Below are positions 1 through 23,523 of a DNA stretch of 64,000 bases, in pieces. Location: assembly GCF_009914755.1 (NCBI RefSeq), contig NC_060947.1. One strand, 5' to 3'. Source of the DNA: the human T2T-CHM13v2.0 reference genome, Homo sapiens. How positions within the stretch are numbered: the stretch's first letter is position 1; each line of letters opens with the position of its first letter. Under the pieces are notes generated by a model. The model made no database searches. It was not told where the DNA came from and worked only from the letters and a program-made list of their open reading frames with translations. The translations under genes and the position numbers were made by a program.

Positions 1-43
1 CAACATGGCAAAATGCCATCCCTATAAGAAAAAACAATAATAA

Positions 44-334
44 TTTTTTTTTTGAGATGAAGTCTTGCACTCTCACCGGGGCTGGAGTGCAGTGGTGTGA
101 TCTCGGCTCACTGCAACCTCCGCCTCCTAGGTTCAAGCGATTCTCCTGCCTCAGCCTCCTGAGTAGCTGGGATTACAGGCGCCCACCACTACGCCCAGCT
201 AATTTTGTGTATTTTTAGTAGAGACAAGGTTTCACCATGTTGGCCAGGCTGGTCTTGAACTCCTGACCTCGTGATTCACCCACCTCAGCCTCCCAAAGTG
301 CTGGGATTACACGTGTGAGCCACCACGCCCAGCC
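44..334 (-). mobile_element. AluS
   Basis: poly-T followed by gagatgaagtcttgc...cccaaagtgctgggattac. Confidence 0.95.
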
Positions 335-344
335 AGTAATTCTT

Positions 345-1975
<1,631 letters not shown>

Positions 1976-1976
1976 A

Positions 1977-2272
1977 GGGTTGGGCATGGTGGTCATGCCT
2001 GTAATCCCATCACTTTGGGAGGCCAAGGTGGGAGGATCACTTGAGCCTAAGAGTTTGAGACCAGTCTAGGCAACATAGGGAGATCCCGTCTCTACAGAAA
2101 ATTTAAAAATTAGCCAGGCGTGGTGGTGCATGGCTGTGGTCCCAGCTACTCGGGGGGCTGAGGTGGGAGGTCAAGGCTGTAGTGAGCCATGATCACACCA
2201 CTGCACTCCAACGTGGGCAACAGGGAGAGATTCTGTCTCATAAAACAAACAAACAGACAAAAAATAAAAATA
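1977..2272 (+). mobile_element. AluJ
   Basis: Diverged Alu with TSD aaaataaagtct. Confidence 0.9.
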
Positions 2273-2294
2273 AAGTCTCTATATTTTTATTAAA

Positions 2295-3020
2295 AAAATG
2301 GAAATACTGATATATGCTACATCATCTATGAACCTTGAAAACATCATGTTAGTGAGAAGTCAATCACAGAAGGCCACATTTTGTATGATTCCTTTTATAT
2401 GAAATGTTCAGAACAGGAAAATCTATCTACAGAGACAGAAAGTAGATTAGTCATTGTCTAGTGATGGGGAATGGGAACAGTGGGGGGTTATGGCTAAGGG
2501 GTATAGGGTTTCTTTTTGGAGTTGATATGGTTTGGCTCTGTGTCCCCACCCAAATCTCATCTTGAATTGTAATCCCCAGGTGTTGAGGGAGGGACCTAGT
2601 GGAAAGTGATTGGATCATGGGGGCAGTTTCCCCCATGCTGTTTTCATGATAGTGAGAGAATCCTCACAAGGTCTAATGGTTTTTTAAGTGTTTGACAGTT
2701 CCTCCTTCACACGCACTCTCTCTCTCCTGCCATCATGTAAGACGTGCCTGCTTCCCCTTCCACCATGATTGTAAGTTTCCTGAGGCCTCCTCAGTCATGC
2801 AAAACTGTGAGTCAATTAAACTTCTTTTCTTTATAAATTACCCAGATTCTGGCGTTCTTTATAGCAGTGTGAAAACGGACAGGAGAAATGAAAAATATTC
2901 TAAAATTGATTGTGGTGATGATTGAACAACTCTATGGATATACTAAAAGCCATTGAATTCTACACTCTAAAGGAGTGAATTGTATGGTAAATGAATTATA
3001 TCTCAATAAAGCTGTTTAAA
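2295..3020 (+). mobile_element. L1MB-like 3' end, split by an MST LTR
   Basis: atgaaccttgaaaacatcatgttagtgag...gaattatatctcaataaagctgtt. Confidence 0.8.
2523..2881 (+). mobile_element. MSTA-like MaLR solo LTR
   Basis: tgatatggtttggctctgtgtccccacccaaatctcatcttgaattgtaatcccc...ctttatagcagtgtgaaaacggac. Confidence 0.88.
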
Positions 3021-3846
3021 ATGACAAAAAAAAAAAAATAGCCACACACACACACACACACTTGTGTAGCCTTAGAATGTTCACACAAAGGTCCTACAAA
3101 AAACTGGTAACAGTGGAGAGCCCCAGTGGAGATCTGGGGAACTGAGGATAAGGAGTGAGAAAGAGACAGTTTTCACTGTATAACCTCTTGCGTCACTTGA
3201 AGGTTTTATCTTATGTGTGCATTACATACTCCAAAATTCCCCTCAAATACTATTGCTTCCCAAAAGCCTACCGTGCTTTCCCTTACTTCTCTCAAACAAC
3301 AATCTCTCTTTATGCTATCTCCTAAAATTAGACATAGAGAAAATCAAACCTAAACCCTGGCCAAACAAATCTAAACAAAGCAAGAAAAAAATAAAATAAA
3401 TGCCAAAACCCACGCAGAAAGGAATTCCGTAAGTATATCCACTCAAAGGAGTATTTTGTGGCCATTTAAATGATGTTTATAAAAATTTTAATGGGAAATG
3501 TTTATGTGAAAATGGCAGTATGTAATTGAACATACAGCATGATCCCAAATACGGTTTTTCTAAGCCTAGATAAAAGCCTAAATACACCAAGATACTAACA
3601 TTGGTTGTATTTAGATGGTAGGACGTTTTTCTTTCCCTAAATTTTCATCAATGAACACATTACTTCCGGTGGGACAGAAGTCATCATTAGTTTGTTCAAG
3701 GCTCCTCTCTTGATTCCTTTCGTTTGTTAATTTTATTTTTTCTCCTGTATTTCTACTCCCTTTACACCCAAAGACAAACATTTCAATGTATTTAATGAAT
3801 TTAGCTTCTAACATCAGAAACATTTGCACATGTGTATATATTTTAA

Positions 3847-4151
<305 letters not shown>

Positions 4152-4584
4152 TTTTTTTTTTTTTTTTTTTTTAATACATAAAAAGTGCCCCATCTGGCCT
4201 GGCATTCTAGCTCTGGGCCATCCACTGCACAATGTCACAGTAGGTGCTCAAAATATAATTTCTTCTCTCTCTTCTACCTTGACAGCTATTTCTCTAAGAC
4301 CCAGGTTCCAGGCACGACTTCGCTATTAACTACCCTGTTGTCCAAAGGGAATACTGAGAGGACGACACAATGTGAAAAGTGACGGAGTTGATCAGAGTTG
4401 GGCGCCCACCACATCGGTACTTAGCTGTGTAGCTTTGACAAGTCACCTAAGTCTCCCTGTGCCTCAGTTTTCTTACCTATAAGGGGGAGGGGAAATAATA
4501 TCACCTACCTCATAAGGCCCTCACTTTCTATCCGCACTTCTCTTCTACCACGGCTCCCTGCTCAAGACCTATCTGGTTTGGGAT

Positions 4585-4700
4585 CCTCGGCCACCTTACT
4601 CTGCGTCAGCTGACACAAGCCACGCCCCCATAAACCACGCCCCGGGGCGGAGGGAAAACTGTTGCTAGGCAACAAGTGACGTCACGCAGGCCCTCGGGCT
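4585..4700. promoter_or_regulatory. CpG-enriched motif cluster (RFX X-box, CRE, KLF/SP); candidate promoter or enhancer
   Basis: TGCGTCA 4602-4608, GTCAGCTGAC palindrome 4605-4614, CCACGCCC 4620-4627 and 4635-4642, GGGGCGG 4644-4650, GTTGCTAGGCAAC 4661-4673, GTGACGTCAC 4676-4685. Confidence 0.75.
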
Positions 4701-4729
4701 AGAGTGCACAATCACAGAACTGAAAACAA

Positions 4730-5560
4730 ATTTCATTCGTCATCCAACCATTCATGCTCCTGGATTCCTTCAATGCATATTCGCCGCCCCTTCCTTTTGG
4801 GACCATCCAGGTGCTGGGCTTTGCTGAAGACAGAATTCCTGCCCTCAGGGAGCTTCCTATCTGAAAGGAGAGAGAGCCCCAGACAACAGTTCTGCACGGT
4901 ACAGGAGCAGAGGGGCGCTGTGGGAGCCCAGATGACAGGATCTCATCCAACTTGGGAACAAAGATAGGCTGCGTGAATAAAGTGACACTTCAACAGCTGA
5001 ATTAATGGGGTTTGGGTGTCAGTGTGAAAGGCCTTTCATGCAGAAGACATTGCAAAGACACCTGGGGGGAAAAAAAAACTGGTGCAGTCTAGGAAGCACT
5101 TGTAGTTAGTTGCACTTATAGTTATGTGCTCAGTGGTCAGAGCACAGGGTGTGAGGCCAAGAGTGGCAGGTGATGAGACTCAAGAGGTCTGGCAGGGGCC
5201 AGAACTTATGTGACCTTAATGACCTATCAAGCAGCTAGACTTTACCCTGTGGGGTATGGAGTGTCATAGAAGGAAAGGTTGTGTTGACTAGCATCAATGC
5301 CCTCTTACTGCTGATGTGCCAAGTATTAGGTTGAAAATGGCCAGTCTGGAAGCCAGGGAGTAGATTTGGGGTCATTCATGTGAGGGATGTTGAGGCTGGA
5401 ACAGGATAGTGGCAGAAGATGAGGAAAGAAGGTAGATTTGACGTACAGAAAGGAGAGACTCAACTGGACTTGGTGAGGAATCAGCTATGAGGAGACAGGA
5501 GGATTTTAGGCTGCACATAAGGCAGAGAACACAGAGGAAATTGCACAAGTTTAAGGGGGT
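4730..5560 (-). mobile_element. L2 fragments
   Basis: ttcattc...cctgccctcagggagctt..., gactttaccctgtggg, caactggacttggtga. Confidence 0.6.
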
Positions 5561-6634
5561 GATTAAGACAAAGATAAGTGCCAGAGGAACTCTGAGGGCT
5601 GAGAAATCAGTGTGGGATAGAATGGGCAGAAACATGTAAAATGAGGAGGATCATTATGAGGAGGAGGGATTCGGGCTAAGACTCACTGTGTGACTTTGGA
5701 CCAGTCACTATCTTTCTCTGGTCCTTTAGGTTTCCACCTGCTAAACTGGGAGATGGAGAATGATAATTGGGAGGAATGAATTACATAAGAGAATGTTCAA
5801 GAAATGCCTAGCCCTGTAGGCAATATGGATGGGAAGCATGTGGCAGGTTTGTTTGGTCCAGGGTGGGGTGGGGCTGGGCTGCCATTTGGGCAACAGCGAT
5901 GCCACAGGCAGGAGGACACACATACATGCAGAAAAAAGAGGGCGCAGGGAAGGGGAAATGTGACCTGGGCACATGCATGTTGGATTTGAGGAGCTCAAAG
6001 GCCAAGGCAGTCAGAAGCCAAGGCAGTCAAATCAATGCTACTCTGGGAGGCCCTGTCTTGGCAGTTAGCAGAGAGGGGCTTCTCTGGACTGTGACTCCTA
6101 GACTGCCACTTCCTCAGGAAATATCCAGGTCTGCAAGGCCCGAGTCCTCTGGGTTTTGTTCCCAAGTCACCACCAGAATTGCTGTGTGAAGCTGAGTCTG
6201 TTCTGAACCACTCTGGGTCCAGGTTCCTCATATGAACAACACAAAAAGGCATGTGTGTGTTGGTGGGGAGGTGGACGAAACATTTCCAAAGGTCCCCTCC
6301 TGGTTTGTTATGCTTCAGTTCCATGGCCCTAAGTCCTTTTTAGAAAAGTCTAGACCTGTCTCTGACTTGCTGTGTGGCCTTGAGCCAGCTGCTGGACCTC
6401 TCTGGCCCTATTTTCATATCTGAAATATTAGGAGATTGGGGAGGAGAGTCTCCAACGTCCAATGATTCTCCCTAGAGGACGCTCACCCTCATCTCCAGCT
6501 GAAAGCTTCAGACAAATCAGAGGAAAGTGAGGCGCTGGTCACAGACCACCCCCCTTCCAAATCTTCCATCTTCTCCCACTGCCCTCCCCTCCGCACTGTC
6601 AGGAGCTTGCAGCACTGGCTTGCTTGCCAAACTT

Positions 6635-6648
6635 GTTGCCATGACAAC
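6635..6648. promoter_or_regulatory. RFX X-box
   Basis: GTTGCCATGACAAC, one mismatch from the palindromic consensus GTTGCCATGGCAAC. Confidence 0.6.
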
Positions 6649-6868
6649 GGGTTACAAATAACTCAGATGCAGACGAAGATTTTAACCCAAGAGCTGCTGG
6701 GCCAAGGGCTTCTTGCTCCCTCCTCAGACCAGACTGAGGGAACAATCTGATAGATTCTCACAAGATGGTCAAGGTTTCTCAGTGTCACAAGAAGAAGTCC
6801 TGGCATTCCAGGCCCTCCAAAACCCTGATTCAAATCTTTCCAATCACATTTGCCACTTGCTTCCATTA

Positions 6869-10683
<3,815 letters not shown>

Positions 10684-12562
10684 GTGTTATGGTTTCTATG
10701 AAAAAAGAAATCTTAAAAATAAAAGCTGGTAATAGTTTTCTATCTCCAGAGCAAAGGATAGCAATTCATCTTGGAAGCAAACTTACCAGAATACGCTCTT
10801 TACTTAGACTGAGGTATCTCAGGTATCCACCTACTGATCTTAGAGAAAATTGTGCTATCACTATTAACCTGAATGTGGCTGGTGGAAACCAGGACAGCTC
10901 TGTACAGCAGTTAACATGGGTTGACTGTGGTTAGACAGTCCTGGTGCAATTTCCTGTCTGCCATTTATTAGCTCTGTGACCCTGGGCAAATGACACCCGG
11001 GAGCTTCATTTTCCTTGTTTATGAAATGAAAGTAACTCAAGTGCCTGCCACAGAGTAAGCACTCAGCAAATATCCACTATGATTAAAATGTTAAATGTTC
11101 TGTGTACTGATATAATCTGGGTGTCCTTTACAGTACTATGCTTCCACTGAGTTAATTTTTTATCCTAAACATGAATTGGGACTAGATTCATGTTTAGTCC
11201 CAATTCATGTTGGGACTAAAATGCCAAAGTGAAAATTGTTTGTTTTTGAGAGGTATGTGTGCATATTTTTTCTCAGGCCTTTGCTCACAGAAGATACCCC
11301 ATTGGGACCACATCAGGAGACATGCAGGTTTGAAATGCTATGGACTCCTGTTGGAGGAAGCACTGTAAAAAGGAATGAGGCTGGATTGTTGGCCCTACTA
11401 CATACATGGTTATTTAACTTTAAAACAACCTACTCTGTGACATGTGCTGCTGAGTACTGTGATGGTCTCTTATGGGCTACGGAGCCCAGATCACCACTGT
11501 GCGGCAGGTGTGTTAGAATCCCAGAAAGAAAATTGATATGGGGAGTGTTACATGGGAGCAGGAAATGCAGTTGGCCTGGGAGTGAAGAATGTGAAAATGG
11601 CCTCCTCTCTTTGATGCCATGGTGAGAGCTGGAGATCTGGATTGCAGGCAGGGAGCACATGGCGAGAACCATAGGGTGGTGGAAGACAATCTTGCCCACA
11701 CATGGTATGAAACTGGGAGGTTATGGAGAGGGACAGCCAGTAGGCAGCCTCCCTCAGAAAGGCATAAGTGACCTTCTCCCAGAGAGGTTCTATCTGGTAT
11801 CCTTTGAAATGTTTCCTGTCTGGCCTGATAATTATCTTCTGTTATCTGTAAGACGCCAGTAAAGTTCTATTAAGTACACATACACAGACGATACTTCATT
11901 CATAAAAAAAAGAAGAAAAGGATGCAATGAAAAGGCATCTTTGGAGAATAAGAATGCTGAGAAATGAAAAATGACTGCCAAAATAAAGGTGTCCAGTAGA
12001 AGATAAAGTCAAAACAAGGTCCCATAATATAGAATTAAAAAAACAAAAGACATGGAAAATACATATGTGAGAAGATAATCATCCAGGAAATCCAATATCC
12101 AACTAACAGGAGTTCTAGAAAGAACGGAGAAAGTAAGCAAAGAAATAAAACAGCAACTTCTCAGAGCAGGGGGACACAAGTCTTCAGATTGAAAGGGCCC
12201 ACCCACCAGGTGCCCAGCAAAGTAGACGAGGGAAAACCCCACTGCTGGGCACATGATTGTGACATTTCAAAACACTAAGTATGAAGAAAAAAAAATTAAG
12301 CTTCCAGATGTAGAGAAAACAGGTTGCCAGCAAAGGAATGAGAATAATATTAGCATGTGACTTTTAATCAGTGACACTACAGGCTAAAGCAGTATCTTCA
12401 AAATTCAGAGGAAAAATTGTTTCTAACATAGAATTCTAAAGTCAAACTATCATTGGAATATGAAGGTAAAACAATGACTACATATTCAGATATGTAAAGA
12501 CCCTAAAATTTACCTTTCTTAAGAAGTTACTCGAGGATGTTCTCCAACAAAATGTACGATGT

Positions 12563-13090
<528 letters not shown>

Positions 13091-14609
13091 TAGAAAAGAG
13101 ATTTATTATGAAGTTATCAGGTAGCTCACGGAAGTCTAGAGAATCAGGCTGAGAACATGGAGTGGGAGCGAGGAAGGCAGGCATCAGGAACCACAGCTAA
13201 GGGTCCACCATAAAAACAGCCTGGTTAGAATGCTGCTGTTGGCACTGCTCCCTGCACTGCTCCTACCAGTGGACCTTATCCTACTGGCACATGCCACTGC
13301 AAGGGAGCTCCAACCATCCTCACATCTGTTGTTTTGGTTTATTTGTTGTGGACTTCAGAGTTTAGTTAATCATAATCTGCAATTTATGGCACATTATGAC
13401 CAGTTCACTGAAGGCTGCTCTTTTACTTTAGTTCTTCTTTTACTTTATCTTCTTCTTCTTCCCCATCAGTCCCTATCCTTACTCCCATTCTCCTGCCTAA
13501 CTCAGTGAGCCTCTCCAGTGTAATTAACGTATGTATACTTTCAATCCGTCTTCCATATGTTTATTTATATGCATATCCATGAAAATACATAGTGTTGTTT
13601 TACATTTCTGTAAATGGAATTGTACTATAAATACTATTCTGTTTCTTACTTTTTTCTCTCAATGCTGGGGATTTTAGAGACCTATCCATGTGGCTATATG
13701 TAAATCTAGTTTATTACTTTTGTTTTGTAGTTTTCCATCGTATGAATATACAGTTTGTTTATCCTGTCCTATAGTGATGAACACCTGATTGCTTCTGATT
13801 CCTCACTACCACAAACAGTGCTGCAATGAACAACCTCAACTATATTTTCTTAGGACCTGTATGAGAATTTCTCTGGAATATATGCCCAGAAGCGGGATTA
13901 CTGGGTTGTAGGGTATTCACATACTTAATTTCATGGGTGCTGCCAAACTCTCTCTGGAATACCTGTACCAGTTTACATTCCAACTCATGGTTGTCCTTTT
14001 CCTCACATCCTGATTCATCAGCACTTGATAATATCTGACTTTCTACATGTTACCATTCCTGTAGTGACTTCTCATTATTATTTTAATTTCATTTCTCTAA
14101 TTATTGGCAGAGTTGAAAAAGCTCTTAATATATTCAAGTTTCCCCTTGTGTAAACTCAAGTTTCCCCTTCTATAAATTACTCTTCATATCCTATGCCCAT
14201 TTTCCTATTGGGTTTACTATCTTCCTTATATATTCTCCTAATCTATCATCCTTTTGTTAATTTTGTATATTCCTGCCTTCTTTTTGTTGCTGGTTCCAGA
14301 TTCAAGGCCATGAACAGAGTATTCAGCCCTTGTTGCCTGGCGGGCTGGGAAAGAAAATATCTGACCACCATCAGTTTCCATAGTGGGAAATAGGGCCATG
14401 CCTCCCAATTTGGCAGGGATTCCCCCAAAAAACAGCATGGGAAATTAGATGCTAGAGAACAGTAGAGTTCGCTCCTTTGGTCATCCAACATCCACATATA
14501 GCCTTCCTCCCGTATTTATGCTTTTAAAAAAAGCTTCCACCTAATACGGTGCAAATATACCTCATATAACCAAACATGCACCCATCCCCTTTCCAGAGTG
14601 AGAAAACCA

Positions 14610-15126
14610 AAAACATAAATTAGAATGCTTTCAGGGGCAAGCAATACAAAATCCAACTCAAACTGTCTTGAATAGTAAATGCAATTCATTGGCTCACTTA
14701 ACTGAAGAGTCCACAGGCAGGGAGATTTCAGGCATGGCATGATCCGGAATATGGTTCCATTTCTGTGATTCTCTTGGCTCTGCCTCCTCCATTTTTCAGC
14801 TCCATCCTCAGGTAGGCCTTCCACATGTTCACAAGATGGCTAACAGCAGCAACCAGGCTACATGCTTCTTTGTTCTTATCCAAGGGAAGATAGGTCATCT
14901 CCTCCCTCAAAAGCTGAATAAAAGTCCTAAGCCTCATTGTGATTGGGTCATCCCTGAACCAGTCATCACTGTGGCTAGGAGGGTGAAATTACTCAGATCA
15001 GTTTATACCAATAAAGGCCTACACCTAGAGCTGGTGGTGGGGTCAATCCCACTCACATTGCATAGTTGTTATACAGCGGGAGAGGAGTGGAATGGATGCT
15101 GCAGAACAACTACAATGTCCACTACA
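14610..15126 (-). mobile_element. MLT1K/L-like MaLR LTR
   Basis: ccaactcaaactg...attggctcacttaactgaagagtcca...aatgtccactaca. Confidence 0.7.
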
Positions 15127-15761
15127 AGGGAGTAAACTAAGAAAGAGGAAGATATGGGGTCCAAGAAAGATTGGGTCCAACCCAGAATAATGAAGGGACG
15201 TCCCAGGATGACAGCTGCACCGCAGGCCTACAGAGCAATCCGTCCAAATTGGAACAGGAAGACGGAGGACTCCAGGAAGAAGGTATCTGGGGAAAAAGGG
15301 GATTCAAATGATTTTATACTTTCCTTGAGACTTTGGAATAACTTAAGAAGGTGATAAAGTCAGACAATGCAAGGAAAAAAAGAAAGACAATTAGAAACTC
15401 TAAGGAAAAAAAGGTGTATAAGAAAAGCAATGTAATCCTAATATACTAATTGGATCTTTCTGGAACAATATTTACATAATCATAATAATGTAAACACTTT
15501 ATTGCCCTTAAACTTTTAGAATGACCTACTGGCAAAGTATGGATGACTTAATTATGGTTATAGAACAAAGTGTAAATATTAACCTTGTTAATATAAAAGT
15601 GCAGTTGACAAGTTAAAAGAGAGAAAAGGGAGAGTAAGTCTATTAGTTAAAGGTAGAAAGATAAGGAATAGAGGATATATAATTAGTGACATGGCTATAT
15701 TGGAGGCATGGGAAAGGCATTCGGGTGGTATAAATAGCAGGAAGTTAATAGAGAATGACTA

Positions 15762-21560
<5,799 letters not shown>

Positions 21561-21589
21561 TGAAGTACATTCTTTAGGTCAGTGTTTCA

Positions 21590-22300
21590 TGCCCCCAACC
21601 TTCTTTCACCCCAGCTACCAGAGTGGTCCTCCTAAATACCAATCTGGCCCGGTTAGTCCCTTGCTTCAAACCTTTCTACAGCTTCCCATTGCTCAGAGTC
21701 AAAGCTAAGCTTGACTGCTTGGATTCCACCACTTCTCTCACTGCATGGGTGATGCCCCATTCCCCCTGAAATCCATGCACTTTCACCCTCTTGATTTAAC
21801 TGTGCTTAGGCAGCTCCTCTGCTTGGAATGTTTTTTCCTCCCTTTCCAAGTGGTAAGCACTCATTCCTCTTTCAAGACTCAGTTCAAGTGTACCATCCTC
21901 TATAAAGGCTTTCCCACCCCAGGGAGAACCACCTAATACTTCCTATATGCTCACTTTGCCTCACCTAGACGTCCATTATATCATCTTCCACACTTAGTGT
22001 GCTTAACCACTTACTTATCTGAGTTCCCAATTAAGCCAAGAATTCCTGGAGGGCATGTATATCTAATTCCCAGAACCTAGCACAGGGCCTGACACATGAC
22101 AGGAATTTAACATATGCCTGCTGAACAAATGGATGGAAAAATGATGCATGAGTGAATACAGGAAAGAGCAAATGAACTGGTAAATGCTTACATTAATGCA
22201 TTAATGAATAAGTGAGTGAAGTTGTGAGTTAGTGCATATATAAGGTAATAAATAAATGAGTGGATGAATGAATGATAAAAATAAGTAAGTGAATGAAAGG
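21590..22300 (+). mobile_element. L2 3' region with degenerate (tgaa)n tail
   Basis: ccagaacctagcacagggcctgacacatg...tgctgaacaaatggatgg, followed by atgaatgaa repeats. Confidence 0.75.
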
Positions 22301-22399
22301 TGCCCATGCCAGTGAGGCAGGAAAGGATGAGTGAATTCCCACCTCTGTGTCTTGCTTCAACCCCACCAGGAAGACCTCTTGCCCTGCTTTCCTGTTATC

Positions 22400-23523
22400 T
22401 AAACTGCACACCAGTGTTAACCTTTTAGATTCCAAGGAACAAAGACACACACAGGTTAGTGATGGGGATTTATTAAAGCATTCACAGGGAAATAAGGAAG
22501 ACAAGAACAGCTACACAGGCAGCCTCATGGAAGAACAGAAACTTGAAAATGGTTCATGATCCAAAGCAGCTCTAGAGCCTGGCTTATCTTGTCACCCCCT
22601 CAGCTGCAGGCATCTGTTGCTCCCTTCTCTAGTGCTTCCCAAATTGGTGACTCAACTCCTTTCTGGCTGTATTTATACTCCTCCTACTGCTACTGACTAA
22701 CTTCTTTCTGCCCCCCTCGATGCTAGCCCATGGCTTTTTCTGCCTCATGGGTCCTGCAGCTTCATGGCTCCCGGCGCTTCAGTTCCTATTAATCCATGGC
22801 TTTTCTGCATTGTAGCTCCTGCTGCCTCTTCCATTCCTGTTGCCATGTTGCCACATGGTTCTGGCTACCTTGTGGTTCTTGCAGTCTCATCGCTTCTACT
22901 GTCTCATGATCTTATCTATTCAAGCCTTCTGCTGCTTTGTGGATCTCATAGTCAGTTTTGTCTCACGGTTTCTGTTCCTCGTGGCTCCTATTGCTTCATG
23001 GCTTCTAGCCCATTGTTGCCTTGCTGCTTCATGGCTTCTGCCACCCTGTGGCTCCGTGATCTCATTATACAAATGTCTCATGACCTCTGCTTACTTATGG
23101 TTTCTGCAGCTTTCTCTTTGCTTTTGCTGTTTAGTTTCTGGCCACCCCTCATCCACCACCACTAATGCCTCATTAAATTCTAATTAACGTTCACTTCTTC
23201 TGAATAGCTCACATTCTGCCTCCCTGAAAGATCTGGTTGTTTCATACATTTGCCATTTGATACATGCCACCCCTGTAAGGTGAAGTCCTTATGCCAGTCC
23301 AGCTAACAGGCCACTGGCCAGCCTAGAGATTGGTTGCCCTTGAACCAGACACTATCCACATCTAGCTATCTGTGGCCAGGATTGTGAGGTCACATGGTAC
23401 AGAGCATGGCAACTTATGCTAAGGAAACCCCTTAGAAGGGACTGCAAGCATGGCAGGTTTGCTAAGGGTTTCCAGAAGGGGGCAGTGTAATTGGCAACCA
23501 TCTTGTTTGACCTGTCCAATACA
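22400..23523 (-). mobile_element. Ancient MLT1-type MaLR LTR with degenerate catggcttct repeats, forming the end of the SMC1A 3' UTR
   Basis: Layout matches the other MLT1 copies in the window: gatttatt near the left end, tgtggccagg...ggtcacatggtacagagcatggc, and ...tgtccaataca at the right end. Confidence 0.6.
22469..22474 (-). terminator. Distal poly(A) signal AATAAA
   Basis: Plus-strand tttatt; transcript continues ...ctaacctgtgtgtgtctttgtt (GU/U-rich downstream element). Confidence 0.75.

Noticed and set aside
11240-11880. Possible ancient LTR or conserved element with AGTAAA near 11858
   Set aside because: I cannot assign a family or termini by eye; it needs a Dfam search.
22764-23187. 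Hydrophobic, Cys-rich ORFs of 133 and 115 aa
   Set aside because: They come from the pyrimidine-rich degenerate repeat inside the LTR-like element, antisense to the UTR; composition explains them.
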